A DNA stretch of 64,000 nt from an uncultured bacterium (GTDB lineage: Bacteria; Deinococcota; Deinococci; Deinococcales; Trueperaceae): contig CAYNNL010000001.1 of the NCBI GenBank assembly GCA_964398765.1, positions 2,214 through 66,213 on the forward strand, read 5' to 3'. The notes below the pieces were generated by a model. The model was not told where the DNA came from. It searched no databases and was given only the letters and a program-made list of their open reading frames with translations. The translations under genes and the position numbers were made by a program. Positions 1 to 11,112 of the stretch are shown in pieces (the stretch's first letter is position 1; the number at the start of each line of letters is the position of its first letter).

Positions 1-1288
<1,288 letters not shown>

Positions 1289-1324
1289 CTAGGACGCATC
1301 ATCCGCGGCACCATACTGGCGCGC

Positions 1325-1330
1325 AGTATA
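1325..1330 (-). promoter_or_regulatory. candidate -10 box (TATACT) for the metG leader transcript
   Basis: TATACT on the minus strand, 10 nt upstream of a mini-ORF ATG (1314). An AT-rich hexamer stands out in a ~70% GC background. Confidence 0.35.
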
Positions 1331-1413
1331 ACCCCGGCCGCCGCGGGCCGCGGCAGCCGTCGGCACGAGCGACCCGAGCCGGCGACGTCGGTGGCCCGAG
1401 CGACCCGTGCCGG

Positions 1414-2136
1414 TTAGGCCTGCGGCACCTCGCAGCCGTCGTCGGTGCAGACCGCGCCGTCGGCCCCGGCCGCCGCGAGCATCGTCACCGGGCGCTCCTT
1501 CGGGCCCAGCTGGCGCAGGGCTGAGAGGAAGAACTCGGTCGGCTGGGCGCCGGAGACGCCGTGCGTCTCGTCGATGACGAAGAACGGCACGCCGTCCACC
1601 CCCAGGGTGCGTGCGCGGCGCTCGTCGGCGAGGACGGCGTCAGCGAAGTCGTCGCCGGCCAGCATGCTCCGCACGGCGCCCTCGTCCAGGCCGCAACCCA
1701 CGGCGAGCCGCACGAGGGTGTCCGGGTCCGAGACGTCGGCGCCCTCGCACTGTTGCGCGCGCATGAGCCGCGTCATCACAGCGTGCCCGCCGTCCGCCGG
1801 GTCATAGGACGCGGCGAGGTGGATGAGGCGGTGCGCGTCGAACGTGTTGGCGGCGAACGCCCGGTCCAGGTGGTAGTCGAGGCCCTCGCCGGCGGCGACC
1901 TCGGTGACGCGGGCCAGCATCTCGCCCACCTGTTCGCGCGAGCGCCCGTACTTGGCCATCAGGTGGGCCACGCTCGGCTCCGGGTCGGTGCGCGGCGCGT
2001 CGGGCGCGAGCTCGAACGACCGCCACCTGATCTCCACCGCGTCGCGGTGCTCGTACGCTGCCAACGCCGCCTCGAAGCGCACCTTGCCCACGTAGCACCA
2101 GGGGCAGGCGATATCGGACCAGATCTCGATCAGCAT
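1414..2136 (-). CDS. DsbA/FrnE-family thiol:disulfide oxidoreductase
   Basis: 240-aa ORF. The N-terminus MLIEIWSDIACPWCYVGK carries the CPWC thioredoxin-fold active site typical of the DsbA/FrnE family. Confidence 0.85.
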   Translation of the reverse strand: MLIEIWSDIACPWCYVGKVRFEAALAAYEHRDAVEIRWRSFELAPDAPRTDPEPSVAHLMAKYGRSREQVGEMLARVTEVAAGEGLDYHLDRAFAANTFDAHRLIHLAASYDPADGGHAVMTRLMRAQQCEGADVSDPDTLVRLAVGCGLDEGAVRSMLAGDDFADAVLADERRARTLGVDGVPFFVIDETHGVSGAQPTEFFLSALRQLGPKERPVTMLAAAGADGAVCTDDGCEVPQA

Positions 2137-2142
2137 GCGGTG

Positions 2143-2148
2143 AGGCTA
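2143..2148 (-). promoter_or_regulatory. candidate -10 box (TAGCCT) 6 nt before the DsbA-like ATG (leaderless layout)
   Basis: Minus strand reads TAGCCT-caccgc-ATG, with no SD between. Confidence 0.4.
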
Positions 2149-2197
2149 ACCGGGCGGTGAGCCGCGCACCGCTCACGGCGCTACGCAGGACGCGTGG

Positions 2198-2203
2198 CAG
2201 AAT
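2198..2203 (+). promoter_or_regulatory. candidate -10 box (CAGAAT) 6 nt before the ATG at 2210 (leaderless layout)
   Basis: Sequence reads CAGAAT-gccggc-ATG, with no SD. Confidence 0.35.
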
Positions 2204-2209
2204 GCCGGC

Positions 2210-3931
2210 ATGGGCGAGCGGACCGCTCCCGCGGCCAACGCCATCGCAGACTTCCATAACGCGCGGCGCCGCGCCGACCTGCAGGCCGTGCTGGCTCAGC
2301 TGTCGGGGCAGAGCGACCGGCTCCTCACCTACGACGAGGTGCGGCGGCGGCTCAAGGCGGTGGAGGGCGCCGGCACGACGCTCGAGGACGTGCCGCTCGG
2401 CGCCATCGTCGGCAGCGTGGGCCGCTACCAGGACTTCAACCGCTCGTTCCTGCCACTGTCCGACTCCGACCGGTCGCGGTGGGTGAACGTGAAGCTCGCC
2501 ATGGAAGCCATGGAGGGCGTCCCGCCCGTCGACCTCTACCGCATCGGCGACGCCTACTTCGTGAAGGACGGCAACCACCGCGTGTCGGTGGCGCGCCAAC
2601 TCGGCGCCACGCACATCAACGCCTGGGTCACGCCCGTCGCCACGCGCGTGCCGTTCACGCCAGACATGGACCAGGACGACCTGATCATGGCGAGCGAGCT
2701 GGCCGAGTTCCTCGACGCCACCCACCTCGACGCGCTGCGCGAGGGCGCCGACCTGACCGTCACCGTGCCTGGCAAGTACCCGCAGCTACTGGAGCACATC
2801 CGCGTGCACCGCTACTACATGGGCATCGACCTAGGGCGGCCAGTGGGGTGGAGCGAGGCCGTAGGACACTTCTACGACGAGGTCTACCTGCCCGTGGTGG
2901 AGGAGATCCGGGCGCACGGCCTGCTCCTCGACTTCCCGGACCGCACGGAGGCGGACCTCTACCTCTACCTGTCCGAGCACCGTGCCGAACTGGCGGAGCG
3001 CTTCGGGTGGGAGCTGGAGGGCCCGCAGTTGGCCGAGGGGCTCGCGCGCACGCGGCCCGGCAGCGTCGACGAGCGCGCCGCCGAGCTGCAGGGCGCCGCG
3101 CGGCGCGTGCTGGCCGACAGCGTCCTCCTCGTCCTGGACGGCGGAGCGCTCGACGACGCCGTCACGGAGGCGGGGCTCGCGTTCGCGGCCAGGGAGGGGG
3201 CCCGGGCGTTCGCCCTCTACTCGCCGCGCCCGGCTGCAGACTCCGCGGTGGCCAAGGCCCTCGCCGCTGCCAACACGCCGCCCGAGGCGGGGGAGGAGGG
3301 CGCCGGCAGGACGTTCATGGCCGCGTGCGAGGCGCGCGGCGTGGTCGGCCAGTTCGCCGTGGGCACCGGCGAGCTGAGAGACGAGGTCGCCCTGCGCGCG
3401 CCCTACGTCGACCTGGTGGTCGCCGGACGCGCCGCCGCGGGAGCGGCGGGCGGCGAGGAGGGGCGGGAGCGCGCCTTCATGCGCCGCTGCCCCAAGCCGC
3501 TCCTCCTCGTGAGCCGGGCGGAGACCGACCTGACCCGTCCGCTCCTCGCCTTCGACGGCGGGTCCAAGTCGGAGGAGGCGCTCTTCGCGCTCGCCTACCT
3601 CGCCGTGAGGTGGCGGCTCGAGCCGGTGATCGTGACCGTGGAGCGGCGGGGCGGCGGGACCGCGACCGCCAACTGGCTGGCCGTCGACGACACGCCGCCC
3701 CCAGGACCGTTGGCGCGAGCAGGCGCCTACCTGACCAGACTGGGGGTCGCCGCGCGGCTCGTGGCGGCGGCGGGTCCGGTGGCGGAGGCGGTGGTGAACG
3801 TGGCGCGGGAGGGAGGGTGCGACGTCATATTCCTCGGGAGCCGCTCTGGTCCGCGGTGGCTGGAGGAGATGCTGGGCGGCGTGCTGGAGGAGGTCCTGGC
3901 CCTCACCGACCTGCCGCTGGTGATCACCTGA
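2210..3931 (+). CDS. ParB/Srx-fold N-terminal domain protein fused to tandem universal stress protein (USP) domains
   Basis: 573-aa ORF. YRIGDAYFVKDGNHRVSVARQLGATHINAWV matches the ParB/sulfiredoxin DGxHR core. The C-terminal half has two USP-like alpha/beta modules ending in VIFLGSRSGPRWLEEMLGGVLEEVLALTDLPLVIT, the USP ATP-binding-type tail. Confidence 0.75.
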   Translation: MGERTAPAANAIADFHNARRRADLQAVLAQLSGQSDRLLTYDEVRRRLKAVEGAGTTLEDVPLGAIVGSVGRYQDFNRSFLPLSDSDRSRWVNVKLAMEAMEGVPPVDLYRIGDAYFVKDGNHRVSVARQLGATHINAWVTPVATRVPFTPDMDQDDLIMASELAEFLDATHLDALREGADLTVTVPGKYPQLLEHIRVHRYYMGIDLGRPVGWSEAVGHFYDEVYLPVVEEIRAHGLLLDFPDRTEADLYLYLSEHRAELAERFGWELEGPQLAEGLARTRPGSVDERAAELQGAARRVLADSVLLVLDGGALDDAVTEAGLAFAAREGARAFALYSPRPAADSAVAKALAAANTPPEAGEEGAGRTFMAACEARGVVGQFAVGTGELRDEVALRAPYVDLVVAGRAAAGAAGGEEGRERAFMRRCPKPLLLVSRAETDLTRPLLAFDGGSKSEEALFALAYLAVRWRLEPVIVTVERRGGGTATANWLAVDDTPPPGPLARAGAYLTRLGVAARLVAAAGPVAEAVVNVAREGGCDVIFLGSRSGPRWLEEMLGGVLEEVLALTDLPLVIT

Positions 3932-5445
<1,514 letters not shown>

Positions 5446-5446
<1 letters not shown>

Positions 5447-5940
5447 TGGCGGCGCGACGCGACCCAGGGGCGTCCACCGCGGAGCCCTTAGGCGAGACCA
5501 AGCGGACGAGGGCGCCCGAGCCGGTGCCGCTCACCCAACCGAGCCCAGCCGAGGACCTGCAGGGCCGCATCCTGCGCGCTCAGGCGGTGATCCTGCAGCG
5601 GGCGCTGCGCGGCGGAGTGAAGGTGAGCTTCGGCGAGGGACGCCGCGCCACGGACGTGGCCATGGCGCTCCTGAAGGGCGACCGCGACGCCGTCCTGGCC
5701 ATCGTCACCGAGCTGGAGGACGCGCTGGAGTTCGACCTGCACGTCCTGCGCAGCACGTTCGCGCGCACCAACTTCGAGCTCCTGCTCGTGTTCATGGAGC
5801 CCATCGACGAGCAGGCGCTGCGCAGCCCCGAGCGGCGCAACCACCTCAAGAACCGCCTGCGGCACCTGCCGACGGACGAGGAGGGTCTCGACCTGCTGGA
5901 GCAGGAGCCGGTGGCGGCCCCTCAGCAGAGGCGCGACTGA
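5446..5940 (+). CDS. hypothetical protein, translationally coupled to proS
   Basis: The ATG overlaps the proS stop (TGATG). The 164 codons have a strongly G/C-biased third position by hand reading. I recognise no domain. The start could lie further downstream. Confidence 0.62.
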
Positions 5941-8636
5941 CAGACGGTGAGGCGCGCCCAGTCGCGCTCCCCCTGTTGGGCCAGCATTAGGTAGAGCCTG
6001 CCGGCCGCCGCGTCCACGAAGTACGCAGGGTCGGCCAGACCCCTGAGCACGCTCAGGGTGGGCGCCGCCGGGATCCGCCCGCGGTCGTCTATCCAGTAGT
6101 CGCGGTAGATGAAGGGCAGCTCGGTGCCGGCGTAGGGGATGCTGACCACCATGCGGTCGCCGGCCTCGAGTTCGCGCAGGTCGATGCTGAACTCGGTCGG
6201 GGTGCCGCGCGTGTGCTCGTAGGCGTACTCGTAGCCGGCACGGACGATGCTCCGGTAGTGCACGTTGGGCGTCTCGGGGCCGCCGTTGGGTGAGCCGTAG
6301 AGCGGGTGCTGTGAGGCCTCGCCGGCGCGGTGCAGGCCCAGCGGCGCGAAGCCCTGCGCCCGGTCGCCGTCGTCTCTCAGGGTGAGGCTCACGTAGCGGC
6401 CGTCGCACACGTTGGCGTTCCAGTCGGGGTGGTAGTCGCAGGTCGGCGCGGCGAGCAGCGGGTTCACGGCCGTCACGTAGCGCCCGGCCGTCCCCGTCAC
6501 GCTGCCGTCCACGTCCTTGAAGACGGCGCTGCGGTAGCCGTCCTCGCCAGAGTCGGTGGTGGCGGGGTCGTAACCGCTCATGTCGCGCGTCTCGAGCCTC
6601 ACCCGGTTGGTCGCCGCCGCGAACGTCAGGCCGCTCGCGTAGGAGAGCGGGCTCATCGACCACGAGGTGTAGTCGAGGACGCTGATGGCCGCCGCCTCGC
6701 GTTGGGCGTTCGGTTCGAACGCTTCGAAGTAGGTGTCCGTCACGTGCACGGGGCCGTCGTAGAACTCGAAGCCCCTGATGGCGAACTCGGGCTGCCAGTG
6801 ACGCGGGAGGGCGCGCCCGCCCGCGCCCGGCGTCTCCCAGGTGCGCGGCGATCCCAGGTTGGCGCTCTCGCCCACCAGCACGGAGCCCTCGAGGCCGGAC
6901 GCGCTGGACGCGAACGTCACGCCGATGGCGTTGTCTGCGAGCAGGGCGCCGCGCAACACCGTGTTGTCCCCGCGGAACCAGGCGCCCGCGCCCCGCTGCT
7001 TGTAGGCCACGAGGCCGTCGAAGTAGGCCGTCACGGGCGCCGAGGACGGTTCCGCCGGGTTGGCCCTGGGGGTGTACGACGTCGTCTCGGCGGCGAGGGT
7101 GCGCTCAGCCGGACCTCTGTCCACGTGCAGGCCGTCCTGGAAGTTGGAGTGAGCCAGGTTGTCCGCGAACGTGCCGAGCGGCGTGCGGCGCGGCCAGGTG
7201 TTGGCGCCGTCGAGCATGGCGAGGGAGGGGCCGGTCGGGTGCTCCGGGAGGGCGTACCAGAAGCCCGAGCCCTCCGAGGACGCCGCCACGTTGCCCACGA
7301 GGTGGTTGGCGGGGTTGGTGATCCAGAAGGCCGCGGGGCCCATGTGGCTGCGGTCGGTGGGGAGGATGGCGTCGGCCTCGTTCGGTTTGCGCACCTGCAG
7401 CGCGAGGTTGCCGCTCAGCAGGTTGCCGGTCTCGGAGCCGTCCTCGAGGAAGTAGCAGTGGCCCTGCGTGCGGTAGGCGGCGTTGGCGTCCAGCAACACG
7501 CCGGCCGTCCCGTGGATGGTGATGCAGCGGTTGTAGAGGTCGTGGAGCGTGGAGTTGCGCACGAAGCTGCCGGCGCCGGCGTCGCCCATCATGTGCCAGT
7601 GGACCGGGTAGCGGAGCAGGAGCCCCGCCTGGCCCATGCGGGACAGCTCGACCGAGTCGAGCCTGATGCGGCTCGCGCCCATGGCCATGATCTGCCCGCC
7701 GAACTGGTAGTCGGGACCGGTGGGGTCCGCCGCCCCGGCCGAGCCCTGCACGGTCACGTTGCGGGTGAGGCGCACCACCTCGGCGCGCGACTCGAGGGTC
7801 CTGCCACCGAACGTCTGCGCCGCGCCGTAGTGGAGGTAGTCGAGAGCGCGGTCTAGCGTGAGGCGGTTGCCCGCCACCGCCGTCACGGTGCGCTCCTCGA
7901 CCTGGCCGTCGCGCCGTTCGCCCGACGAACCCGTCTCGGCGTAGAAGTCGGTCGAGGCGATCGCCAGCCTGTCGCCCACGCGCCAGCCCGCCGCGTCGTC
8001 GACCTCGATGCTGGTCGCTCCCGCCGGAGCCGTGCCGGCCAGCCTCGTCCAGGCGGCGCCCTCGGGCGCCCCGTACAGCTCGAGGGTCCCGCCGAGCAGC
8101 GCGAGGTAGTTGGCTCCCAGGTGCCCGTCGTCGGGTCGGCTCGGCCTACCGGCGGAGAGCGTGATGACGGCGTGCTCGCGGAACGGCTCGTCTTGTGAAC
8201 CGATGTACAAGCCGCCGCACAGCAGGATGGAGTCGGCGGTCAGCTCCAGGTCGCGCCGGTCGAACACCAGCGCGCCCACGACCTCGAGCGACGCGAGGCG
8301 CGGCGTGGAGACGTCCAGGAGCACCACCTCGTCGGCACCGATGACGACGGCGGCGCCCTCCTCCGGCAGCACGCCGTCGGGCCAGCCGGCCGCGTCGGAC
8401 CACACCCGCGTGGGCGTGGGCGGAGCGGGGGAGGGGTCGGGCGCGGCCAGCCGCGCCGGGTCGAAGACCTTGCCCGTCGGCGGCGCCGTCATGGAGGCGT
8501 GCCGCTCGCAGCACGTGGAGCCAGCGCAGGCGGCACCCGGGCCGGACGCCTGGGTGCCGCACGCCGCCAGCACGAGCAGCCCGGCGAGGAGGCCCAGTTG
8601 GAGGCGGGCGGTTCTGAGCAGTCCAGGAAGTGCCAC
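5922..8636 (-). CDS. G8-domain / right-handed beta-helix lipoprotein (CEMIP/TMEM2-like putative glycan-degrading protein)
   Basis: 904-aa ORF. It has a lipoprotein signal, LLAGLLVLAACGT. The G8-like segment reads WSDAAGWPDGVLPEEGAAVVIGADEVVLLDVSTPRLASLEVVGALVFD. This is followed by RYPVHWHMMGD and NRCITIHGT, which are beta-helix-type repeats as seen in CEMIP-family proteins. Confidence 0.8.
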   Translation of the reverse strand: MALPGLLRTARLQLGLLAGLLVLAACGTQASGPGAACAGSTCCERHASMTAPPTGKVFDPARLAAPDPSPAPPTPTRVWSDAAGWPDGVLPEEGAAVVIGADEVVLLDVSTPRLASLEVVGALVFDRRDLELTADSILLCGGLYIGSQDEPFREHAVITLSAGRPSRPDDGHLGANYLALLGGTLELYGAPEGAAWTRLAGTAPAGATSIEVDDAAGWRVGDRLAIASTDFYAETGSSGERRDGQVEERTVTAVAGNRLTLDRALDYLHYGAAQTFGGRTLESRAEVVRLTRNVTVQGSAGAADPTGPDYQFGGQIMAMGASRIRLDSVELSRMGQAGLLLRYPVHWHMMGDAGAGSFVRNSTLHDLYNRCITIHGTAGVLLDANAAYRTQGHCYFLEDGSETGNLLSGNLALQVRKPNEADAILPTDRSHMGPAAFWITNPANHLVGNVAASSEGSGFWYALPEHPTGPSLAMLDGANTWPRRTPLGTFADNLAHSNFQDGLHVDRGPAERTLAAETTSYTPRANPAEPSSAPVTAYFDGLVAYKQRGAGAWFRGDNTVLRGALLADNAIGVTFASSASGLEGSVLVGESANLGSPRTWETPGAGGRALPRHWQPEFAIRGFEFYDGPVHVTDTYFEAFEPNAQREAAAISVLDYTSWSMSPLSYASGLTFAAATNRVRLETRDMSGYDPATTDSGEDGYRSAVFKDVDGSVTGTAGRYVTAVNPLLAAPTCDYHPDWNANVCDGRYVSLTLRDDGDRAQGFAPLGLHRAGEASQHPLYGSPNGGPETPNVHYRSIVRAGYEYAYEHTRGTPTEFSIDLRELEAGDRMVVSIPYAGTELPFIYRDYWIDDRGRIPAAPTLSVLRGLADPAYFVDAAAGRLYLMLAQQGERDWARLTVCQSRLC

Positions 8637-8643
8637 GAGTTCA

Positions 8644-8649
8644 GGCTAG
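8644..8649 (-). promoter_or_regulatory. candidate -10 box (TAGCCT) 7 nt before the GTG of the G8 lipoprotein gene
   Basis: Minus strand reads TAGCCT-gaactc(a)-GTG, with no SD. Confidence 0.35.
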
Positions 8650-8745
8650 GCGGCCTCCCGGAGAGCTTGATGTGAGAACCCTCAGGTGTGAAACTTCCCA
8701 TGCTCCTCCCGGGTAGGGCCGGGACGACACGGGCGTGGGTCCGTC

Positions 8746-8754
8746 TGGTATAGT
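8746..8754 (+). promoter_or_regulatory. candidate extended -10 promoter (TGgTATAGT)
   Basis: TGgTATAGT is a near-consensus extended -10 in a GC-rich spacer. It points toward the small ORF at 8972. Confidence 0.5.
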
Positions 8755-8971
8755 CACGTTTCGGCCCGGGCGCTGCGCGCCCGGCACACATCGGGGCCCG
8801 GACGCCCGGTCAGCAAGCGTCCAGGCAGGCAGTTGGATGCGCGGCCGCTCCCCGCGCGAAACCACCAAACCACCGCAAGAGCAGAGCGCAACCGGCCGCG
8901 CCGGCGGCGCCGCGTGGCGAGCCGCCCGGACCAGGGTGTGCCGGCCACGGATCCCGCTTGGAGGGAACAAC

Positions 8972-9148
8972 ATGTACGACAGCAACTACTACGCTCGCAT
9001 CAGCAGCCCCCGCGTCGACGCCGACCTCCGGCGCGCCGGCTACCACGACGGTGAACCCGCCCCGCGCCTCAGGAACCACTGGGCCAACCAGCCCGGCTCG
9101 GTGCGAGCCCACTCGCGCCTCTGGCGACGCCTGCGCCGCGCGGCCTGA
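8972..9148 (+). CDS. small basic hypothetical protein (58 aa)
   Basis: A GGAGGG SD sits 6 nt before the ATG. By hand count roughly nine in ten codons end in G/C, as in confirmed genes here. The sequence is MYDSNYYARISSPRVDADLRRAGYHDGEPAPRLRNHWANQPGSVRAHSRLWRRLRRAA. I recognise no family. Confidence 0.45.
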   Translation: MYDSNYYARISSPRVDADLRRAGYHDGEPAPRLRNHWANQPGSVRAHSRLWRRLRRAA

Positions 9149-9200
9149 GGGGCGCCTCCGACGCCGGTCGAGCGCCGCTAGCCATGAGCCGCCGCTCGCG

Positions 9201-10052
9201 CTAGGCCAGCGCCAGTAGCGACACGCCGACCACCATCCCCACGGCGCCGAGCATGCGGCGGGTGACGTCGCCCTCGGCCAGCAGGCGCGCGCCCAGCAGC
9301 GTGCCCAGCAAGATGCTCACCTCGCGCGTGGGCGCCACCAGGCTGACGGGCGTGAACGTCATGGCTATCAGCACCATCACGTAAGCGAGCGGGCTGAGCA
9401 CGGCTATGCCGGTCGCCTCCCACCGATGGCCCTGCCAAGCCGCCCGCAGCTGCGGGCGGCGCCTGGCCACCAGGGGCAGAAGCAGCAGCGAGCGGCCTAC
9501 CTCGCCCGCGTACGTGTAGAGGATGGGCGCGGCCGCCGCATGGCCGACCGCGAAGCCATCGAACACCGTGTAACTACCGATGAACAGACCGGTGATGAGG
9601 CCGTAACGCAGGCCCGCCCGCGACCCCGCGCCGCCCTTGCCGCCCGCCAGCACGAACACGCTGAAGACGACCAGCGCCGTGCCCGCCAGCGCCTGGACGC
9701 CGGGCCGCTCCCCCAGCAACAGGACCGCCAGTAGCGTCGCCAGAGCAGGCCCGCTCCCGCGCGCCGTGGGGTAGACGAGGGAGAGGTCCGCCAGGCGGTA
9801 GCCGCGCTGGAGGCTGATGAAGTACCCCACGTGAAGGAGGGACGACCCCGCGGCCAGCGCCGCGTGCTGCCAGGTGAACGTCGGCCTGACCACCAGGACG
9901 TAGCCGATCACGAGCGGCGCGTACAAGGCCGCCGTGAGGGTGGCGAACAGCCAGACGAACTCCGCGCCGCCGCGCGCCCGCTTGGCCAGCAGGTTCCACG
10001 TCGCGTGCAGGACGGCAGAGCCGCCCACCAGCGCCAGCGCCAGAGGCGTCAC
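9201..10052 (-). CDS. DMT-superfamily (EamA-like) transporter
   Basis: 283-aa polytopic membrane ORF with a duplicated EamA-like layout (..LHATWNLLAKR.., ..LLLGERP..). Confidence 0.8.
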   Translation of the reverse strand: MTPLALALVGGSAVLHATWNLLAKRARGGAEFVWLFATLTAALYAPLVIGYVLVVRPTFTWQHAALAAGSSLLHVGYFISLQRGYRLADLSLVYPTARGSGPALATLLAVLLLGERPGVQALAGTALVVFSVFVLAGGKGGAGSRAGLRYGLITGLFIGSYTVFDGFAVGHAAAAPILYTYAGEVGRSLLLLPLVARRRPQLRAAWQGHRWEATGIAVLSPLAYVMVLIAMTFTPVSLVAPTREVSILLGTLLGARLLAEGDVTRRMLGAVGMVVGVSLLALA

Positions 10053-10067
10053 GCTCCGCCGCGCGCC

Positions 10068-11033
10068 TCAGCCGTGAACGTAGGTGAGCCAGTGGTCGAA
10101 CTCCGGCACATCGCCGTGCACGACCCGCAGGTACTGCTCCCGTAGCCTCAGCGAGACCGGCCCCGCCGCGCCGGACCCGATCAGCCGCCTGTCGAGGCTT
10201 GCCACCGGCGTCAGCTCGGCGGCCGTGCCCACCAGGAACACCTCGTCGGCCGTGTAGAGCTCGTCGCGGGTGGCCATGACCGGCTCCACCTCCATGCCGA
10301 GAGACCTGGCTATCCTGGCGATGCTGTCGCGGGTGATGCCGCGCAGGTTCACCGAGTGCGCGATGGGCTGGAGCACGCCGCCGTTGACCATGAAGACGTT
10401 CTCACCGGACCCCTCGGCGACGAACCCCTCCTTGTCGAGCAGCAGCGCCTCGTCGAACCCGTTCGCTCGGGCCTCCAGGTTGGCGATCACGGAGTTCACG
10501 TAGTTGCCGCCGGCCTTGGCCTTCGTGGGCAGTATGTCGCCCGCTGACCTGCGCCACGAGCTCGTCATGAGCCGCGCCCCCTTGCGGATCACCTCCTCGC
10601 CGAGGTAGCTGCCCCAGGGGAGCGTGGCCACCATGAAGTGCAGGCTGTTGCGCTCCGGGTTGACCCCCAGCCCCTCCGACCCGTACCAGATGAGGGGCCG
10701 GACGTAGGCGTGCTTGCGCCCGTTGGCGCGCAGGGTCTCGACCACCGCTGCCGACACCTGTTCCGGCGTCAGCTCCACACGCATTCCCATGATCTTGGCC
10801 GAATCCAGCAGGCGCCGCGAGTGCTCGGGCAGCCGGAACACGGCCGCGCCGCGCGGGGTCTCGTAGGCCCTCAAACCCTCGAAGACGCTGGTGCCGTAGT
10901 GGAGGGCGTGCGTGAGGACGCTGACCCGCGCTCGCTCCTCCGGCACCAGCTCGCCGTCGAACCAGATGAGACCTGCGTCGTTGAGAAGCGTCGTGGGGCG
11001 CGCCGCCCCGCTCTGAGTGCTCATGCCCACCAT
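10068..11033 (-). CDS. ilvE: branched-chain amino acid aminotransferase
   Basis: 321 aa. Contains IWFDGELVPEERARVSVLTHALHYGTSVFEGLRAY, PTKAKAGGNYVNS and EVFLVGTAAELTPV, typical of class IV aminotransferases. The start may be the internal MSTQ. Confidence 0.9.
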   Translation of the reverse strand: MVGMSTQSGAARPTTLLNDAGLIWFDGELVPEERARVSVLTHALHYGTSVFEGLRAYETPRGAAVFRLPEHSRRLLDSAKIMGMRVELTPEQVSAAVVETLRANGRKHAYVRPLIWYGSEGLGVNPERNSLHFMVATLPWGSYLGEEVIRKGARLMTSSWRRSAGDILPTKAKAGGNYVNSVIANLEARANGFDEALLLDKEGFVAEGSGENVFMVNGGVLQPIAHSVNLRGITRDSIARIARSLGMEVEPVMATRDELYTADEVFLVGTAAELTPVASLDRRLIGSGAAGPVSLRLREQYLRVVHGDVPEFDHWLTYVHG

Positions 11034-11099
11034 CCTCCGTTGGTCCGGTCAGCCTACCCCCTCACCGGCGCCGCGCGGGCTCGGCCCGGGCGCGGCGGT

Positions 11100-11105
11100 T
11101 AGACT
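11100..11105 (+). promoter_or_regulatory. candidate -10 box (TAGACT) 7 nt before the galE ATG (leaderless layout)
   Basis: Sequence reads TAGACT-ctcctgc-ATG. Confidence 0.4.
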
Positions 11106-11112
11106 CTCCTGC

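Noticed and set aside
1303-1313. T-box riboswitch for metG. The minus strand reads UGGUGCCGCGG, close to the T-box core UGGUACCGCG.
   Set aside because: I found no Stem I, specifier loop or canonical antiterminator geometry. The motif lies ~70 nt from the terminator and would sit at the very 5' end of a transcript from the TATACT box. A model search is needed before it can be called.
8676-8686. A shared 11-mer, GAACCCT[C/T]AGG, at 8676-8686 and 23055-23065, considered as a possible common operator.
   Set aside because: A 10-of-11 match between two sites in 128 kb of double-stranded sequence is about what chance predicts. Neither site forms a clean palindrome.
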